A stretch of DNA of 64,000 bases from Octopus sinensis (lineage: Eukaryota): positions 188,728,001 to 188,792,000 of the forward strand of contig NC_042997.1 in assembly GCF_006345805.1 (NCBI RefSeq), read 5' to 3'. The position numbers were made by a program, and so were the translations under genes. Of this stretch, positions 63,737-64,000 are shown piece by piece. The first letter of the stretch is position 1, and every line of letters begins with the position of its first letter. Below the pieces are notes generated by a model that saw nothing but the letters and a program-made list of their open reading frames with translations, was not told the origin of the DNA and did no database searches.

Positions 63737-63760
<24 letters not shown>
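63530..63760 (-). mobile_element. SINE family B tail fragment
   Basis: gaccccagcactta...agcctgatactta...gttgtcaagcagtgttgtgggg. Confidence 0.65.
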
Positions 63761-63768
<8 letters not shown>

Positions 63769-64000
63769 CACTATAAATACACACACACACACGCGCACAC
63801 ACACACACACACATGGGAGTAGGTGTGCAAGCAAAACAAGCTTAGATTAGATAAAACAGAGTAGTGTTCAAATGGATGGGGGCTTAAAACTTCAGCTTCT
63901 TCATCCAGGGCCTGTACTTTTACATTAAAAGTTGGCTATAAGAACAACCCTTATCAAGCTATTGTAGATGTAGTAAGGTAGATAAACAGAAGTGGGCTTG

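Overview
This is an AT-rich, microsatellite-dense animal genomic window with no rRNA, true tRNA or CRISPR features. It is very probably from an octopus (coleoid cephalopod); this is inferred from tRNA-derived SINEs resembling the Octopus OK/OR families, RTE LINE tails and repeat style. Most of it looks like long introns of a minus-strand gene that I cannot name. The best candidate exons are 39934-40089 and 27467-27559 (both phase 1-1, joining in frame), with weaker candidates at 23336-23374 and 3106-3142. The rest is layered mobile DNA: two tRNA-SINE superfamilies with swappable tails, decayed RTE, R4/Dong and CR1/Jockey-like LINE pieces, a DD37D (maT) transposase fragment, piggyBac- and hAT-type MITEs, and several foldback palindromes. 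Almost all ORFs in the supplied track are microsatellite or AT-rich artefacts. Four observations stand out. (1) Short microsatellite-embedded elements carry hammerhead-ribozyme motifs: one canonical minimal type I hammerhead lies in the sense orientation of the putative host intron, and four copies carry a variant core. (2) A strong AG|GTAAGT recursive-splice-site candidate is followed by a 37-nt stop-containing RS-exon. (3) A PHD-finger-like C4HC3 motif is inserted inside the reverse transcriptase of the RTE LINE. (4) Two closely spaced hairpins lie at 12.5-12.8 kb. All were read by eye and none has been checked computationally.
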